Positions 10,461-21,444 of a DNA stretch of 25,988 nt are shown here, piece by piece; within the stretch, counting starts at the first letter, position 1; the number at the start of each line of letters is the position of its first letter. A program made the position numbers and the translations under genes. This DNA is from Tubiluchus corallicola (Eukaryota > Animalia > Priapulida): NCBI GenBank assembly GCA_030141605.1, contig JAQGDQ010001773.1, positions 1-25,988 on the forward strand, read 5' to 3'. The notes under the pieces are model-generated. The model worked only from the letters and a program-made list of their open reading frames with translations. It made no database searches and was not told the DNA's origin.

Positions 10461-11139
10461 CTGCAAAAAGAGATTAAGAAAATCACAGGCGAAAGAAACT
10501 GCAAGTAACTGTCAGTACTTGTAATGTAACTTCACACTTTTGAAAGGAAGACAGGATGAATTTTCATATACTGCCTCATGTTCAAGTTCGATAAAAACTT
10601 TAAATTTTAACACAGTTATTACTACAAAAGCATTTCTGATAGCTAAATAATAGAGTTAATGAACGGCAGGCGAGTGCAACTATTGGCGACATCTACAGAC
10701 GTAATTTACAAGAGCAAAAACATTCCACGAGCATGTCGCAAAACGAAAATTGAAGAACAATGTTACTCTAAGATATTCAGTGCGTCGTACTAAAACAGTT
10801 TTGAGATAGAAATTCAAATTTCAAATTCACCTCTGTGTTCGCGCATGTGCAGTACGTCACAAACGAACACCTCAAAACTTAGAGGCACAGTACCTGATTT
10901 TGTGCAATGTGTTTCCGAAATGCAAGCACTGGTGCCCGTCTATCTAGCGAATGGCGATATCCATGCAACAGCGAAAAAACTAGTGGCGCAAATGCGAAAT
11001 TACTTTTGCGTGGTAATAACTCTTTCACGTAACTTATTCTTTAGTACGTTCCCTTTCAATATTGTAGATTGTTTTGAGCTACGGTTTAAAATTGGGTCCA
11101 GTTTGCCTTTAAAGTTCAGACAGAAGTTCTTAAAACTAG

Positions 11140-11608
11140 TTCGCGGTTCGTTTATCACGGACTTGCTGTTTCGCGGGTTTTCAAAAATATTAATGTAAAA
11201 TATTTAGCGCGGTATTTTCGCTGTTTCGCGGGTTTTTGCGGTACTCCATCTAAAGCATTTTTGCACATGCGTAGTACGTATTGTACAGTAATGTATAGAT
11301 ATAATGAATTTTGTGTAAAAAATCACAAAATGTATAAAAATATATCAAAAATATTAATTCTAACATTAAAAGAATATTATAAATAGTAAAAAATTACCAT
11401 TTACAGTAAATAGTGTATTTATTTGGCGGATGCATACACACCAAAAACGAAATGTAGTTCTTGCGCTTGCTTGAGATGCTACTTGCCGACGTGAGATTGT
11501 ACACAACACATGAATAATGTATAACTACTAAAGCGTCCCTACTTCGCGGAAACTCACTTATCGTGGGTGGGCCAGGAACGGAGCACCCGCGATAAGTGAG
11601 GGAACACT
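11140..11608 (-). mobile_element. Tc1/mariner-like MITE, copy B, inverted relative to copy A
   Basis: TTTTTGCACATGCGTAGTACGTATTGTACAGTAATGTATAGAT is the reverse complement of ~3525-3567. The element ends CCCGCGATAAGTGAGGGAACACT. Confidence 0.8.
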
Positions 11609-11969
11609 TATTAAGTTATTAAATTACTTACTTTATGTCGGTTTTTATAACGAGGCGAATAACCAGTCAGCATTCCGTCATCGTGCGCGTAGTCCTCTCC
11701 ACCCCCAGACCGCCCATCCTTGTGCCCATCTAGAAGCACAAAAAATCTTATTGCAGAATGCCTCAAGGTCGTTATTATTAAAATTAGTTTAATAAAACAC
11801 ATTTGCTACACCGGTTAAATTACAAAATGGTTTCTGACAACAACATAGGAACTGCTGAGTACATTTTTTTGCCAAGTGAATGCAGTAATCACCAGAGAAA
11901 TGGAAGAATATTCGCCAGTGTTAGCTACATATTTGTTGACTAACAGAAAGCAACATAAAAATTTCATGG

Positions 11970-12057
11970 CTACCTACCTACCTATCTATCTATCTGTCTA
12001 CCTATTGATCTATCTATCTACCTACCTACCTATCTATCTACCTACTTACCTACCTAC

Positions 12058-12088
<31 letters not shown>

Positions 12089-12180
12089 CCTACCTACCTA
12101 CCTATCGCTCTATCTATCTACCTACCTACCTATCCACCTATCTACCTACCTGCCTATCTATCTATCTACCTACCTACTTA
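11970..12180. repeat. Mixed (CTAT)n/(CTAC)n tetranucleotide microsatellite
   Basis: Directly visible. Confidence 0.95.
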
Positions 12181-12329
12181 ACTACATAGCTATTTTTCTA
12201 ACGTTAAGCCACTCCATGAAACTCGAGGTTCTACACTATAAAACATCCTTGCACTGTTCGTCTGTAATTTTTCATCATAGGAAATAAACGCAGAGAAACA
12301 AAAAAACAAAATATTTTATTTATAGTAGA

Positions 12330-12461
12330 ATTTTCTTTTTTCAGTTTTAAAATCAGTTGGTTTTGCAAAAATGTTTCAGTTCATTTCTGCTTTTGTATCG
12401 ATTTGCTACGATTGATAAATTTCGGTATCAGTTTGTAAATTCAGTTTGGGTAACATCCCTG
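12330..12461. mobile_element. Possible solo hAT-like terminus
   Basis: Ends AACATCCCTG (reverse complement CAGGGATGTT) after several TCAGTT subterminal motifs. No partner end found. Confidence 0.3.
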
Positions 12462-12623
12462 GGCCACGATGTGACTCGTTATATAAAATAATTAACACAA
12501 CGACTCACTTGATAAATTACTGCGTTCGAGTCGCTTGGGACTTCTGCGCAATGTGTTCTGCGAGTGAAACGAGTCATTACGCCACGGTGAGGCAATACTG
12601 GAACCGCTGCTGTTCAAACTTAC

Positions 12624-12695
12624 GCCGCCTCCTAGTGCATTCTGGGAGCCGGACGTGTGCAGACTTGAGAAGATGTTGAGATCCGTGCCGTCGAG
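12624..12695 (-). CDS. Internal coding exon (72 nt) of the host gene; LDGTDLNIFSSLHTSGSQNALGGG
   Basis: Acceptor ttgttcaattcAG and donor GGC|GTAAGT. Phase 0/0, open frame, locally GC-rich. Confidence 0.7.
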
Positions 12696-13102
12696 CTGAA
12701 TTGAACAACAAAAACACTAAATGTATATGACGTAATATGTATGTAAATTAAATCCAGAGCAAAGAAAAAAGTTAAGAATTATACATTGAACTTATGTGAG
12801 TTAATTATTCAACAAACAGATTTAATAAATCAAAGTACGTGTACATGAAAGTGGGACTGTTTATACTTGGCTTGCCCTACCCCTCTTGAGCAGTTTTGTC
12901 TAAATTGCAAAGTGTATCACCTTCTCCCATGTGTTATGTTGCTTTGTTTAACTTCTGCAAACGATAATGACGTACGTTTTCATATGTACAATTAGTCGAA
13001 TATTGTAAATTCAATTTCAATCGGTTTATTTCATAGTCATTACAAGATGTAATAGACGTAACAGTGAGTCAAAAATCATCCTCACTCGTAACGAGTGGAA
13101 TT

Positions 13103-13623
13103 CAGGGATGAGAATGACAAATTGCAAAAACTCTGAAACAGGCCGGGGGTTTTGGGGCCACCCAGGCCCCCCAATGGGGTTGAGGGGCAAAGCTCCCTGG
13201 GAGCCAGCAACAAATTGCAATTCTGTGACCATAGAGAGCCTCTAAGTGGACTTAAAATATCAATTACCTTGTTTCACACGTATTTAAAATATCCAACTAT
13301 CAAGGATACATGATACCTAATTGTCTCAAAAACGCCTAAGTACTGGCCACTCCTATGCAAAAGTATATAAAAACTGTCTGCAATTGACTCAAATAACTCC
13401 GCACAATTGATTCTATATTTTTATACATAGAGATATACACGTGGTTACACTGATGTACGTAATGTAAACAAAGTGACGGCCTGCCACCTAGCGGTCAGCT
13501 TGTGAAATAATGTACTGTGTTCGTAATAATTTTCTCAACGAATTTAGGCGATTTACAAAAATGGAATTACTGGTTTTCCAAAAACTCGGAATTCCGCGTA
13601 TCCGCAGAATATTCTCATCCGTG
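13103..13623. mobile_element. hAT/Ac-like MITE with CAGGGATGAGAAT TIRs
   Basis: TIRs at 13103-13115 and 13611-13623 (12/13 match). Absent from the homologous right arm, so it is an insertion. Flanked by a 40-bp duplication. Confidence 0.8.
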
Positions 13624-13820
13624 AAGTGAGTCAAAAATCATCGTCACTCGTAACGAGTGGAATTATTACCAAACTGGTTGCTAGCAAAAGCATTTAATGT
13701 CTAATGAAAACTCTTCATTCATCCTATTTAGTAATTATACACTTGGCGAGCTAGCGGAGAAATTTGACATCATAAAGTTAGTTTATCACCAAGAGGAACC
13801 GTAAATTCAGTGCGTCACAG

Positions 13821-14065
13821 TTGACCAGACGGTTTAGTCTAGTGGTAATGAGTCTGCTTTCCGTCTGTGAGGTCGTGAGTTCGAAAGACTTAAAGACTTT
13901 AAAAATGGTACATGCTGTCGCCCTGCCTGACGCGTGGTATTTAGGGTAAAAGTGGGGTAATAATAGTCTCTGTTATGTAGTTGTAGGTTGTTATTTACAG
14001 TCGGCGATAATAGCTCTTTGAGCTAATGTTAATTGTTGACCCAAAAGCCGACTTTAAATAAATAT
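13821..14065 (+). mobile_element. tRNA-derived SINE, possibly with a Meta/MESC-type central domain
   Basis: A box TAGTCTAGTGG and truncated B box GAGTTCGA, then AAAGACTTTAAAAATGGTAC..GCTG..CCCTGCCTGACGCG, which resembles the MetaSINE core as I recall it. Ends AATAAA plus a microsatellite tail. Absent from the homologous arm. Confidence 0.65.
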
Positions 14066-14180
14066 TATTACTACTACTACCACTACCACTACCACTACCA
14101 CTGCATCTGCCACTGCCACTGCCACTGCCACTGCCACTACCACTGCCACTACCACTACCACTACCACTACTACTACTATT
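14062..14180. repeat. (TAC)/(TACCAC)/(TGCCAC) microsatellite, probably an expanded SINE tail
   Basis: Directly visible; adjoins the SINE 3' end. Confidence 0.9.
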
Positions 14181-15168
14181 ATGTTCAACCAAATGACAGG
14201 ATGAACCAACGTTAATTCTGGCCAAAAGAAAAACACAGTATAATACAATGGTCAAGCATCTGGTCAAGAATCAAGAAAAAAAGCGATAATTTCATTATTA
14301 GAGGTTTTATTAATGTGTCTGACGTGTGAGGTAAGTCATACTTCATACTGAGATGGTCTCAAGCACTTAAATCAACAAAGAGATTTAATAAGTCAACGTT
14401 ACGTGTGTAAGTCGGTGAGAATGTTTATACGTTTATGTTCAGCACGGGTAATAGGCTTCATAGCACCACAGGAAGCCACATTGAAAATTTTCTTTTTACT
14501 TGCATTGATTGGTTTATTCCAGTTAAAGCCATACACATACATACGATAAAATTTAAAGTATATTCAATGTTAAATGGCACACAGTGTTCAAAATCTGATA
14601 AAGTGTTAAAATGATTTGTTAAAAATCCATTACTATATCAGATGCATTAATAAAACCATTAATAATGAGATTATCACTTTTTTCTTAATTCTTGACCAGA
14701 TGCTTGACCATTGTATAATACTGTGTTTTTTGGCCAGAATTAGCGTTGCTTCGTCCTGTCATTTCGTTGAACATTGTTACACACTGTACACCGAATTTAC
14801 GGTTACTCTTGGTGATAAACTAACTTTCTCATGTCAAATTTCTCCGCTAGCTCGCCAAGTGTATAATTACTGAATAGGATGAATGAAGAGTTTTCATTAG
14901 ACATTTTAAATGCTTTTGCTAGTAACCAGTTTGTTAATAATTCCACTCGTTACGAGTGACGATGATTTTTGACTCACTGTTACGTCTATTACGTCTTGTA
15001 ATGAATGTGAAACAAACCGATTGAAATTGAACTTACAATATTGTACCATTGTACATATGAAAATGTACACATACACATACATACAATAAAATTTTAAACT
15101 ATATTACATGTTAAATGGCACACAGTGTTAAAAATCTATTACTATGTTAGTTATTGTAAGTAACTTAC

Positions 15169-15264
15169 GTCAGATGTGCTTCCCATTACAATCTTGTACA
15201 GTTGCATGGTGTAGTAAGAGAATGGTTTGCTGTTCGTGTGTTTGTAAGCGTGTAGTGAGCAAGC
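15169..15264 (-). CDS. PTPN13: Coding exon (96 nt) completing the KIND domain; ACSLHAYKHTNSKPFSYYTMQLYKIVMGSTSD
   Basis: Acceptor ttggtttttcAG|GCT and donor GAC|GTAAGT, phase 0/0. Resembles the end of the PTPN13 KIND domain as recalled (ACSAH...PSFSYVKHLVKLVLG). The symbol means PTPN13-like; orthology is unproven. Confidence 0.8.
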
Positions 15265-17565
15265 CTGAAAAACCAATCACATGACTTATGAATCTGACAT
15301 GGTGTAGTAAGAGAATGGTTTGCTGTTCGTGTGTTTGTAAGCGTGTAGTGAGCAAGCCTGAAAAACCAATCACATGACTTATGAATCTGACATGGTGTAG
15401 TAAGAGAATGGTTTGCTGTTCGTGTGTTTGTAAGCGTGTAGTGAGCAAGCCTGAAAAACCAATCACATGACTTATGAATCTGACATGGTGTAGTAAGAGA
15501 ATGGTTTGCTGTTCATGTGTTTGTAAGCGTGTAGTGAGCAAGCCTGAAAAACCAATCACATGACTTATGAATCTGACATGGTGTAGTAAGAGAATGGTTT
15601 GCTGTTCGTATGTTTGTAAGCGTGTAGTGAGCAAGCCTGAAAAACCAATCACATGACTTATGAATCTGACATGGTGTAGTAAGAGAATGGTTTGCTGTTC
15701 GTATGTTTGTAAGCGTGTAGTGAGCAAGCCTGAAAAACCAGTCACATGACTTATGAATCTGACATGGTGTAGTAAGAGAATGGTTTGCTGTTCGTGTGTT
15801 TGTAAGCATGTAGTGAGCAAGCCTGAAAAACCAATCACATGACTTATGAATCTGACATGGTGTAGTAAGAGAATGGTTTGCTGTTAGTGTGTTTGTAAGC
15901 GTGTAGTGAGCAAGCCTGAAAAACCAGTCACATGACTTATGAATCTGACATGGTGTAGTAAGAGAATGGTTTGCTGTTCGTGTGTTTGTAAGCGTGTAGT
16001 AAGCAAGCCTGAAAAACCAATCACATGACTTATGAATCTGACATGGTGTAGTAAGAGAATGGTTTGCTGTTCGTGTGTTTGTAAACGTGTAGTGAGCAAG
16101 CCTGAAAAACCAATCACATGACTTATGAATCTGACATGGTGTAGTAAGAGAATGGTTTGCTGTTCGTATGTTCGTAAGCATGTAGTGAGCAAGCCTGAAA
16201 AACCAATCACATGACTTAGGAATCTGACATGGTGTAGTAAGAGAATGGTTTGCTGTTCGTGTGTTTGTAAGCGTGTAGTGAGCAAGCCTGAAAAACCAAT
16301 CACATGACTTATGAATGTGACATGGTGTAGTAAGAGAATGGTTTGCTGTTCGTGTGTTTGTAAGCGTGGAGTGAGCAAGCCTGAAAAACCAATCACAAGA
16401 CTTATGAATCTGACATGGTGTAGTAAGAGAATGGTTTGCTGTTCGTGTGTTTGTAAGCGTGTGACTTATGAATCTGACATGGTGTAGTAAGAGAATGGTT
16501 TGCTGTTCGTATGTTTGTAAGCGTGTAGTGAGCAAGCCTGAAAAACCAATCACATGACTTATGAATCTGACATGGTGTAGTAAGAGAATGGTTTGCTGTT
16601 CGTGTGTTTGTAAGCGTGTAGTGAGCAAGCCTGAAAAACCAATCACATGACTTATGAATCTGACATGGTGTAGTAAGAGAATGGTTTGCTGTTTGTGTGT
16701 TTGTAAGCGTGTAGTGAGCAAGCCTGAAAAACCAATCACATGACTTATGAATCTGACATGGTGTAGTAAGAGAATGGTTTGCTGTTCGTGTGTTTGTAAG
16801 CGTGTGACTTATGAATCTGACATGGTGTAGTAAGAGAATGGTTTGCTGTTTGTATGTTTGTAAGCGTGTAGTGAGCAAGCCTGAAAAACCAATCAGATGA
16901 CTTATGAATCTGACATGGTGTAGTAAGAGAATGGTTTGCTGTTCGTGTGTTTGTAAGCGTGTAGTGAGCAAGCCTGAAAAACCAATCACATGACTTATGA
17001 ATCTGACATGGTGTAGTAAGAGAATTGTTTGTTGTTCGTGTGTTTGTAAGCGTGTAGTGAGCAAGCCTGAAAAATCAATCACATGACTTATGAATCTGAC
17101 ATGGTGTAGTAAGAGAATGGTTTGCTGTTCGTGTGTTTGTAAGCGTGTAGTGAGCAAGCCTGAAAAACCAATCACATGACTTATGAATCTGACATGGTGT
17201 AGTAAGAGAATGGTTTGCTGTTCGTGTGTTTGTAAACGTGTAGTGAGCAAGCCTGAAAAACCAATCACATGACTTATGAATCTGACATGGTGTAGTAAGA
17301 GAATGGTTTGCTGTTCGTGTGTTTGTAAGCGTGTAGTGAGCAAGCCTGAAAAACCAATCACATGACTTATGAATGTGACATGGTGTAGTAAGAGAATGGT
17401 TTGCTGTTCGTGTGTTTGTAAGCGTGTAGTGAGCAGGCCTGAAAAACCAATCACATGACTTGTGAATCTGACATGGTGTAGTAAGAGAATGGTTTGCTGT
17501 TCGTGTGTTTGTAAGCATGCAGTGAGCAAGCCTGAAAAACCAATCACACGACTTATCAATCTGAC
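15205..17565 (-). repeat. 93-bp tandem array made of 33 nt of intron 3' end plus the first 60 nt of the KIND exon; 24 acceptor-bearing units and two 64-bp units lacking the acceptor
   Basis: Minus-strand unit TCAGATTCATAAGTCATGTGATTGGTTTTTCAG|GCTTGCTCACTACACGCT...TACACCATG. Exon-start equivalents at 15264+93n up to 16380, then 16537-16723, then 16880-17531. Confidence 0.97.
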
Positions 17566-18502
17566 TGGTCAGGGGTAAAACGAATTATTAAAGGAAAGGT
17601 CAAGCCTTCTAGGAAGTCGGACTTATTTCAATGTTTGCGAAAAATATCAAAAGCACTTGACGTCTCTTTAGGACCAGCCTCTTCTTCAGCTCTGTTCTCT
17701 AGAAGCAAAAAATGCCAATTCTCCTGGCCAATTTGCAAGTAATCCTGGACTAATACGGATTTTGATTAGCGACTTTTCTTTGGTAATTAGTGACAAAAGT
17801 TTATGTGAACTTTCTTAACACTTTTTCACTCATGATATAACACTGTGATTGCATGTGAAATGACTTCTAAATGTTTTAAAACTCTTAAAGGAAAAGTCAA
17901 GCCTTCTGGCAGGCTGGGTTTTCTCAATGCTAGAAGGATTTAGTAATAAAACTGCAATAAGCGCCTCGCGTAATTAGCAAAATCACTTTAAATGGTGATT
18001 TACATTAACAAATACACAATTAATACATTAATAGAAACAAAAAGTTATCAATAATTCAATGAATAACAAACAGTAAGATACATAATAGGAAGCAAATTTT
18101 GGAAGAAATGATTTACACTGTCTTTAGACGTAGGTCAACCTATGGTAAACAAAGATAGTGATATCGCTACTTCCTTTAATACTGGTGTCTAAACAACGTT
18201 ATGTACAGCATCATTACAAATATACTAACTTCACTCTCAAAACACTGTGGGGTTGAAAGATAAACAAGAGAATTATCACTGTTGTATGTTGCTTAGTAAA
18301 TTCGTATACAGTTTACTTTGAGCACATAACTAGTTCAGATATACCATAGTTTAAGTTTGCTATAATACTATATATATATATATACAAATGTAAATGTGTT
18401 GCGGGCAATCAAAAAGCAGGCCTTGTTAGATTGTCCCACAAAGTGAAAGAAAAAATAATAATAAAATTAATCTGAAAATTTTACATATACAGTATAACTC
18501 AC

Positions 18503-18595
18503 TTGTAAGACGTCCACTAGGCGCATACGGGTTCCACAATCTTTATCCATCATGGCGCTCAGAACTGAGCTAAGAATCTGACTGATAGCAAGAGC
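18503..18595 (-). CDS. PTPN13: KIND-domain coding exon (93 nt); ALAISQILSSVLSAMMDKDCGTRMRLVDVLQ
   Basis: Acceptor tatatttctgcAG and donor CAA|GTGAGT, phase 0/0. Matches the kinase C-lobe-like pattern of PTPN13 as recalled (PIKLGDHLNSILLGMCEDVIYARVSVRTVLD). Confidence 0.85.
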
Positions 18596-19014
18596 CTGCA
18601 GAAATATACGATCATTACGTCAACAGATTACACACAGGACAGCCAACTATCCCACTAACTATCAACATATGCAAAATTTTACATATATAGTTTTACAGTG
18701 TACAGATTAATACGCTTGCAAGCAAGAAAATGGTGTCTAACCTCAAGAGAAAGGTACACATAAAGGACAAGAAAAGAGCTACATGAAGTTTCAGAAAAAT
18801 CGCCTTAAAAATTGTACTATTTTACAACAATTTTGTGCATGTATCGCTGAAAGGAATTCTTGGTTGTTTACATTTTAAATCTTCCGCTGTACTCTTCTGA
18901 CTATGCCATCACATGACGTCACCTGCGCACAACGTAAATCAGGGGAACAAAAGACAATGCTAAATTATCTACCAAAAAACTTTCCGTGCAAATCTATGTT
19001 ACTTAGCCTTTCGC

Positions 19015-19455
19015 TTGCATGCTGGAAAAACTTATGTAACTAGAAATAATAATAATTTAAATGTTTGTGCCAATTGGTAAAATGTCGCTGACTCACCTTC
19101 CAGGGTGCACCACTCACTAATCAATTTTTAATCTTGTTGACAAAATGCAGTAATTTAAACATTTAATGACATGTGCACTACGAATGCTCTTATTACTTTT
19201 TCAAACTTTACTCAATGTTATCTAAACTTGTTTCAAACGACCTACCATTAAAATGGCTGCACCTAACGGTCATCGCGGGAGTTTAAATTTACATGTTTTA
19301 TACAGCGTTACGGCCAATGCAAACCATGCATGCGAAAAGGTAGTATGTAAGTGGTATAAAATTTCGAGGCGATTTTTTTAAGCTTTATGTAAGTGGAGGG
19401 TTTAATTAAGTTTTTAATCTATTATTTAATTATCGGGAACGCTTAAAATGTATAC
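19015..19455 (-). repeat. Old unclassified interspersed repeat, copy 2 (inverted relative to 6420-7290, lacking the RTE insertion)
   Basis: Same shared blocks as copy 1; continuous across the site where copy 1 carries the insertion. Confidence 0.75.
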
Positions 19456-20323
19456 TGTCTGCCGCATCAGTTCAGTAACTTCAGTAGTTTTACGTACACT
19501 TTACTTAATTATGCATTATTCTGGGTGTAGAGTGATTTACTAGCAGGATTTTGTTTGAGAACAGGGAAAGATGAACTAGGTAAGATCCTATCTAGCTGTG
19601 AAAACTGTTACGATTACAATAGCATGGGGGCTGCGAAGCGTTGTCAAGTGTACACAAATGCGTTGTCTGGTTCACTTAACCTTTGACCTTTTCACGATCA
19701 TCATAAATGGCTAGAACTGTGAAAAGACCCATTAAGAAAACCATGTTTCTATGCAGGAAAGCATTTAACCTAATTTTTTATCATCTCTGAGACATTTCCA
19801 GCACCGACGCTCATCCGGAAGTAGTGTCCAGAGAGAAGAACCATCGTCTAACATCCCTCACTGTGCTGATTTAAACCTGTGTTGCCCCCTCTTTTCTGTT
19901 ATAAACTGGTTTCCTTTTAAACAGGTCATGTGACCAGTCTTTTACCTGTACACTTACCTGTAGATTGGAGTAACTCAGGCGTTCACACACTGCAGTTACA
20001 GATTGTTTAGTGTCATTCATTGATTCGTTGTTATAATTTCATAATTACACTTATAGAAGATCACCATGTAAGTTGATTTATTAATTTCTTAAATCTTGAG
20101 CCTTTGTTTATTAAGAAGATTAGATTATTTTGACTAGAGATTAGATTTTATAATTTGCGTAAAAGTTTGTTAAAGTTAATTAGATCAATTTGGTTTAGAT
20201 TTCGCCGTAAAATTGAGCAAAATTATATAAAACGATACAAGCTACACAATTATGTTGTTGGAGTTTTTTATAAGAAGGTAGCACACTCACATAAACTCCT
20301 ATCACAGGTACAAAGATTCTTAC

Positions 20324-20389
20324 CTGGTGGTCTGTGACGCCGTACTGAGCGGATGCAAATATCGTACGTCCGAGCATGAACACGTACAT
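20324..20389 (-). CDS. PTPN13: KIND-domain coding exon (66 nt); MYVFMLGRTIFASAQYGVTDHQ
   Basis: Acceptor tttttttttcAG and donor CAG|GTAAGA, phase 0/0. Matches the KIND helix motif as recalled (IHIYSLGMTLYWGADYEVPQSQ in PTPN13). Upstream exons were not found in the window. Confidence 0.85.
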
Positions 20390-20764
20390 CTGAAAAAAAA
20401 TGTTCTTGAAAACTGGGGGCATAGCTAGGAGGGGGTGTCCCAGATTTTCACCTGAAATTTCAGCTAAACTTAAACCAAAAGCGCAATTATCATCAAACCG
20501 AGCCAAAAATTTCTTGTTGGCAACAACGCTGACCACAAAGGGGACCTGGTCACCACAAACCACTGCTACTGATTTAACACATCCTTTTACACATAGCCGT
20601 CACACGAAGGCCACACATTTTGAACCGTATGCAAGCCCAATTGTTCGTTATTATGTAACACCTAATTAACAACAATCACGGCTAGTCAACTTCGGAACAG
20701 GCTAGCCCCATTGTGCCTGATGATAAACAAATTAGCTTCACACTGCATTAGACAACCGGACTAG

Positions 20765-21175
<411 letters not shown>

Positions 21176-21444
21176 TAGATGTGAGACCTAGAATAAATAC
21201 AAGCAGAAAATGCTGTCAATGAGCATCAATACTCTGCTGTCCAAGTGCAAGTTTGGTGTCATTCGAGCAAATATTTATAACAGGCCATTTGTTACACATT
21301 ACTGAGTTTGCAAATGCCAACTGCAGTGCTGAAAAAGAGCAGCCTTAATTATTCAGTCCAATCAGTCCAGATTCAAGAAACATATCATTTACTACATACA
21401 AGTCAGTCAGCATTTCAGGGAAACTGCTACATTAATTATCTAAC

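Larger units (their letters stand above)
12980..15068. repeat. Inverted duplication of about 430 bp: intact right arm 14638-15068; left arm 12980-14320 split by two insertions
   Basis: Segments 12980-13102, 13625-13812 and 14181-14320 match the reverse complement of 14638-15068 collinearly (e.g. CACTTGGCGAGCTAGCGGAGAAATTTGACAT and CAATGGTCAAGCATCTGGTCAAGAAT). Confidence 0.9.

Noticed and set aside
13821-13890. tRNA gene
   Set aside because: Truncated after the B box with no acceptor stem, and it continues into a SINE body and tail.
15170-17559. Long repetitive ORFs (IGFSGLLTTRLQTHEQQ..., CDWFFRLAHY...)
   Set aside because: These are the two non-coding frames of the 93-bp unit. The homologous KIND frame is the third one and is stopped in every upstream unit.
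17588-17930. Two direct copies of TTAAAGGAAA(G/A)GTCAAGCCTTCT, possibly Kolobok-like termini
   Set aside because: Short, in the same orientation, and without a convincing inverted partner, so they cannot be classified.
18503-20389. Active protein kinase
   Set aside because: Only C-lobe-like helices are present, with no catalytic motifs in the window. The pattern fits the non-catalytic KIND domain.
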